From Lophium mytilinum (taxonomy: Eukaryota), in NCBI GenBank assembly GCA_010093605.1, contig MU004189.1, positions 1,743,834 to 1,807,833 on the forward strand: 64,000 nucleotides of DNA, given 5' to 3'. A program made the position numbers and the translations under genes. This document shows, piece after piece, positions 63,396 to 64,000 of the stretch; the stretch's first letter is position 1, and each line of letters starts with the position of its first letter. Below the pieces are notes generated by a model, which was not told the DNA's origin, searched no databases, and was given only the letters and a program-made list of their open reading frames with translations.

Positions 63396-64000
63396 CACGC
63401 GCCATCACCTCCTTGCAACACTTTGGATATAAATCACAACCCCTCATCAACAATTTCGCCATACAACCACCCTGATCATCCTCACCCGGTCACGCTCTTA
63501 ACGATTCATGCATCAACGGAGTTCATTTGAGCATTTCCCAGCGACCATTTGAGATCCCACTTCACTTCAAACTATTTTTCACGCCAATTACTTTGGGCCA
63601 TAGACGGAGCGTTGTGTTCGCGCGCGCCGCTGGAACTGGCGTCGAGCAGCATTACCCTGGCTGGCACCCCTCCATCAAGCCACCTTATCCGCCCACCTCG
63701 TCTACCTCTATCCTCCGCGAGCACCTCTACCCCCATCGTAACCACCTTTTTTACTCGGCAAGAGCCTCACCCCTATGGATCTTCCCGCCAGTGGCCTGCC
63801 TTACCTTCGTCATCTTCACTTCTTCTTCGACCCGGCCTGTCCTTTGACGGGCGTAACAGGGTATATAACCACGCTTTTGTAATCATTTTGATTTTATTTG
63901 AGAGGGCTCTGAGCCAGCGGAAGCTTGAAACGCTCGCCCGTTCATACTATCCCCGACAACACCTTTGATACCCCGGATCCAGTCGCTTCCTGTACCATTA

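Overview
Gene-dense, intron-rich eukaryotic DNA from a filamentous ascomycete (Pezizomycotina, probably a Dothideomycete; taxon is inference). Most introns are 50-70 nt GT-AG with CTAAC/CTGAC branch sites. About 24 protein-coding genes are supported. Most are conserved housekeeping genes: UBR1-type E3 (3' end), ISC1, TAF12, PPM1, RPB5, a 4CL-like CoA ligase, a secreted tyrosinase, SSR4, LSM12, GND1, an RBM42-like RRM protein, complex I 24-kDa subunit, SWD3/WDR5, C9orf78/Tls1, UTP18, a large-subunit catalase, phosphoketolase and AUR1. An accessory-looking block at 31.4-41.2 kb holds F-box-like, BTB, inositol monophosphatase and HET-domain genes. The most unusual structure is the ~3.2 kb directly downstream of an NYN/PIN-like nuclease gene (55152-56804). 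It starts with a 79-bp duplication carrying GAAA-tetraloop hairpins. This is followed by a degenerate array of about 14 copies of a ~22-bp motif (consensus ATACCGCCGTCTGAGGTGCCCT). Nine copies are paired with an inverted copy; eight of these span 93-94 or 103-105 bp and one is interrupted by ~300 bp of coding-like DNA. Related copies appear at ~27.1-27.3 kb, so any functional link to the nuclease is unproven. Exon boundaries were read by eye and are approximate.
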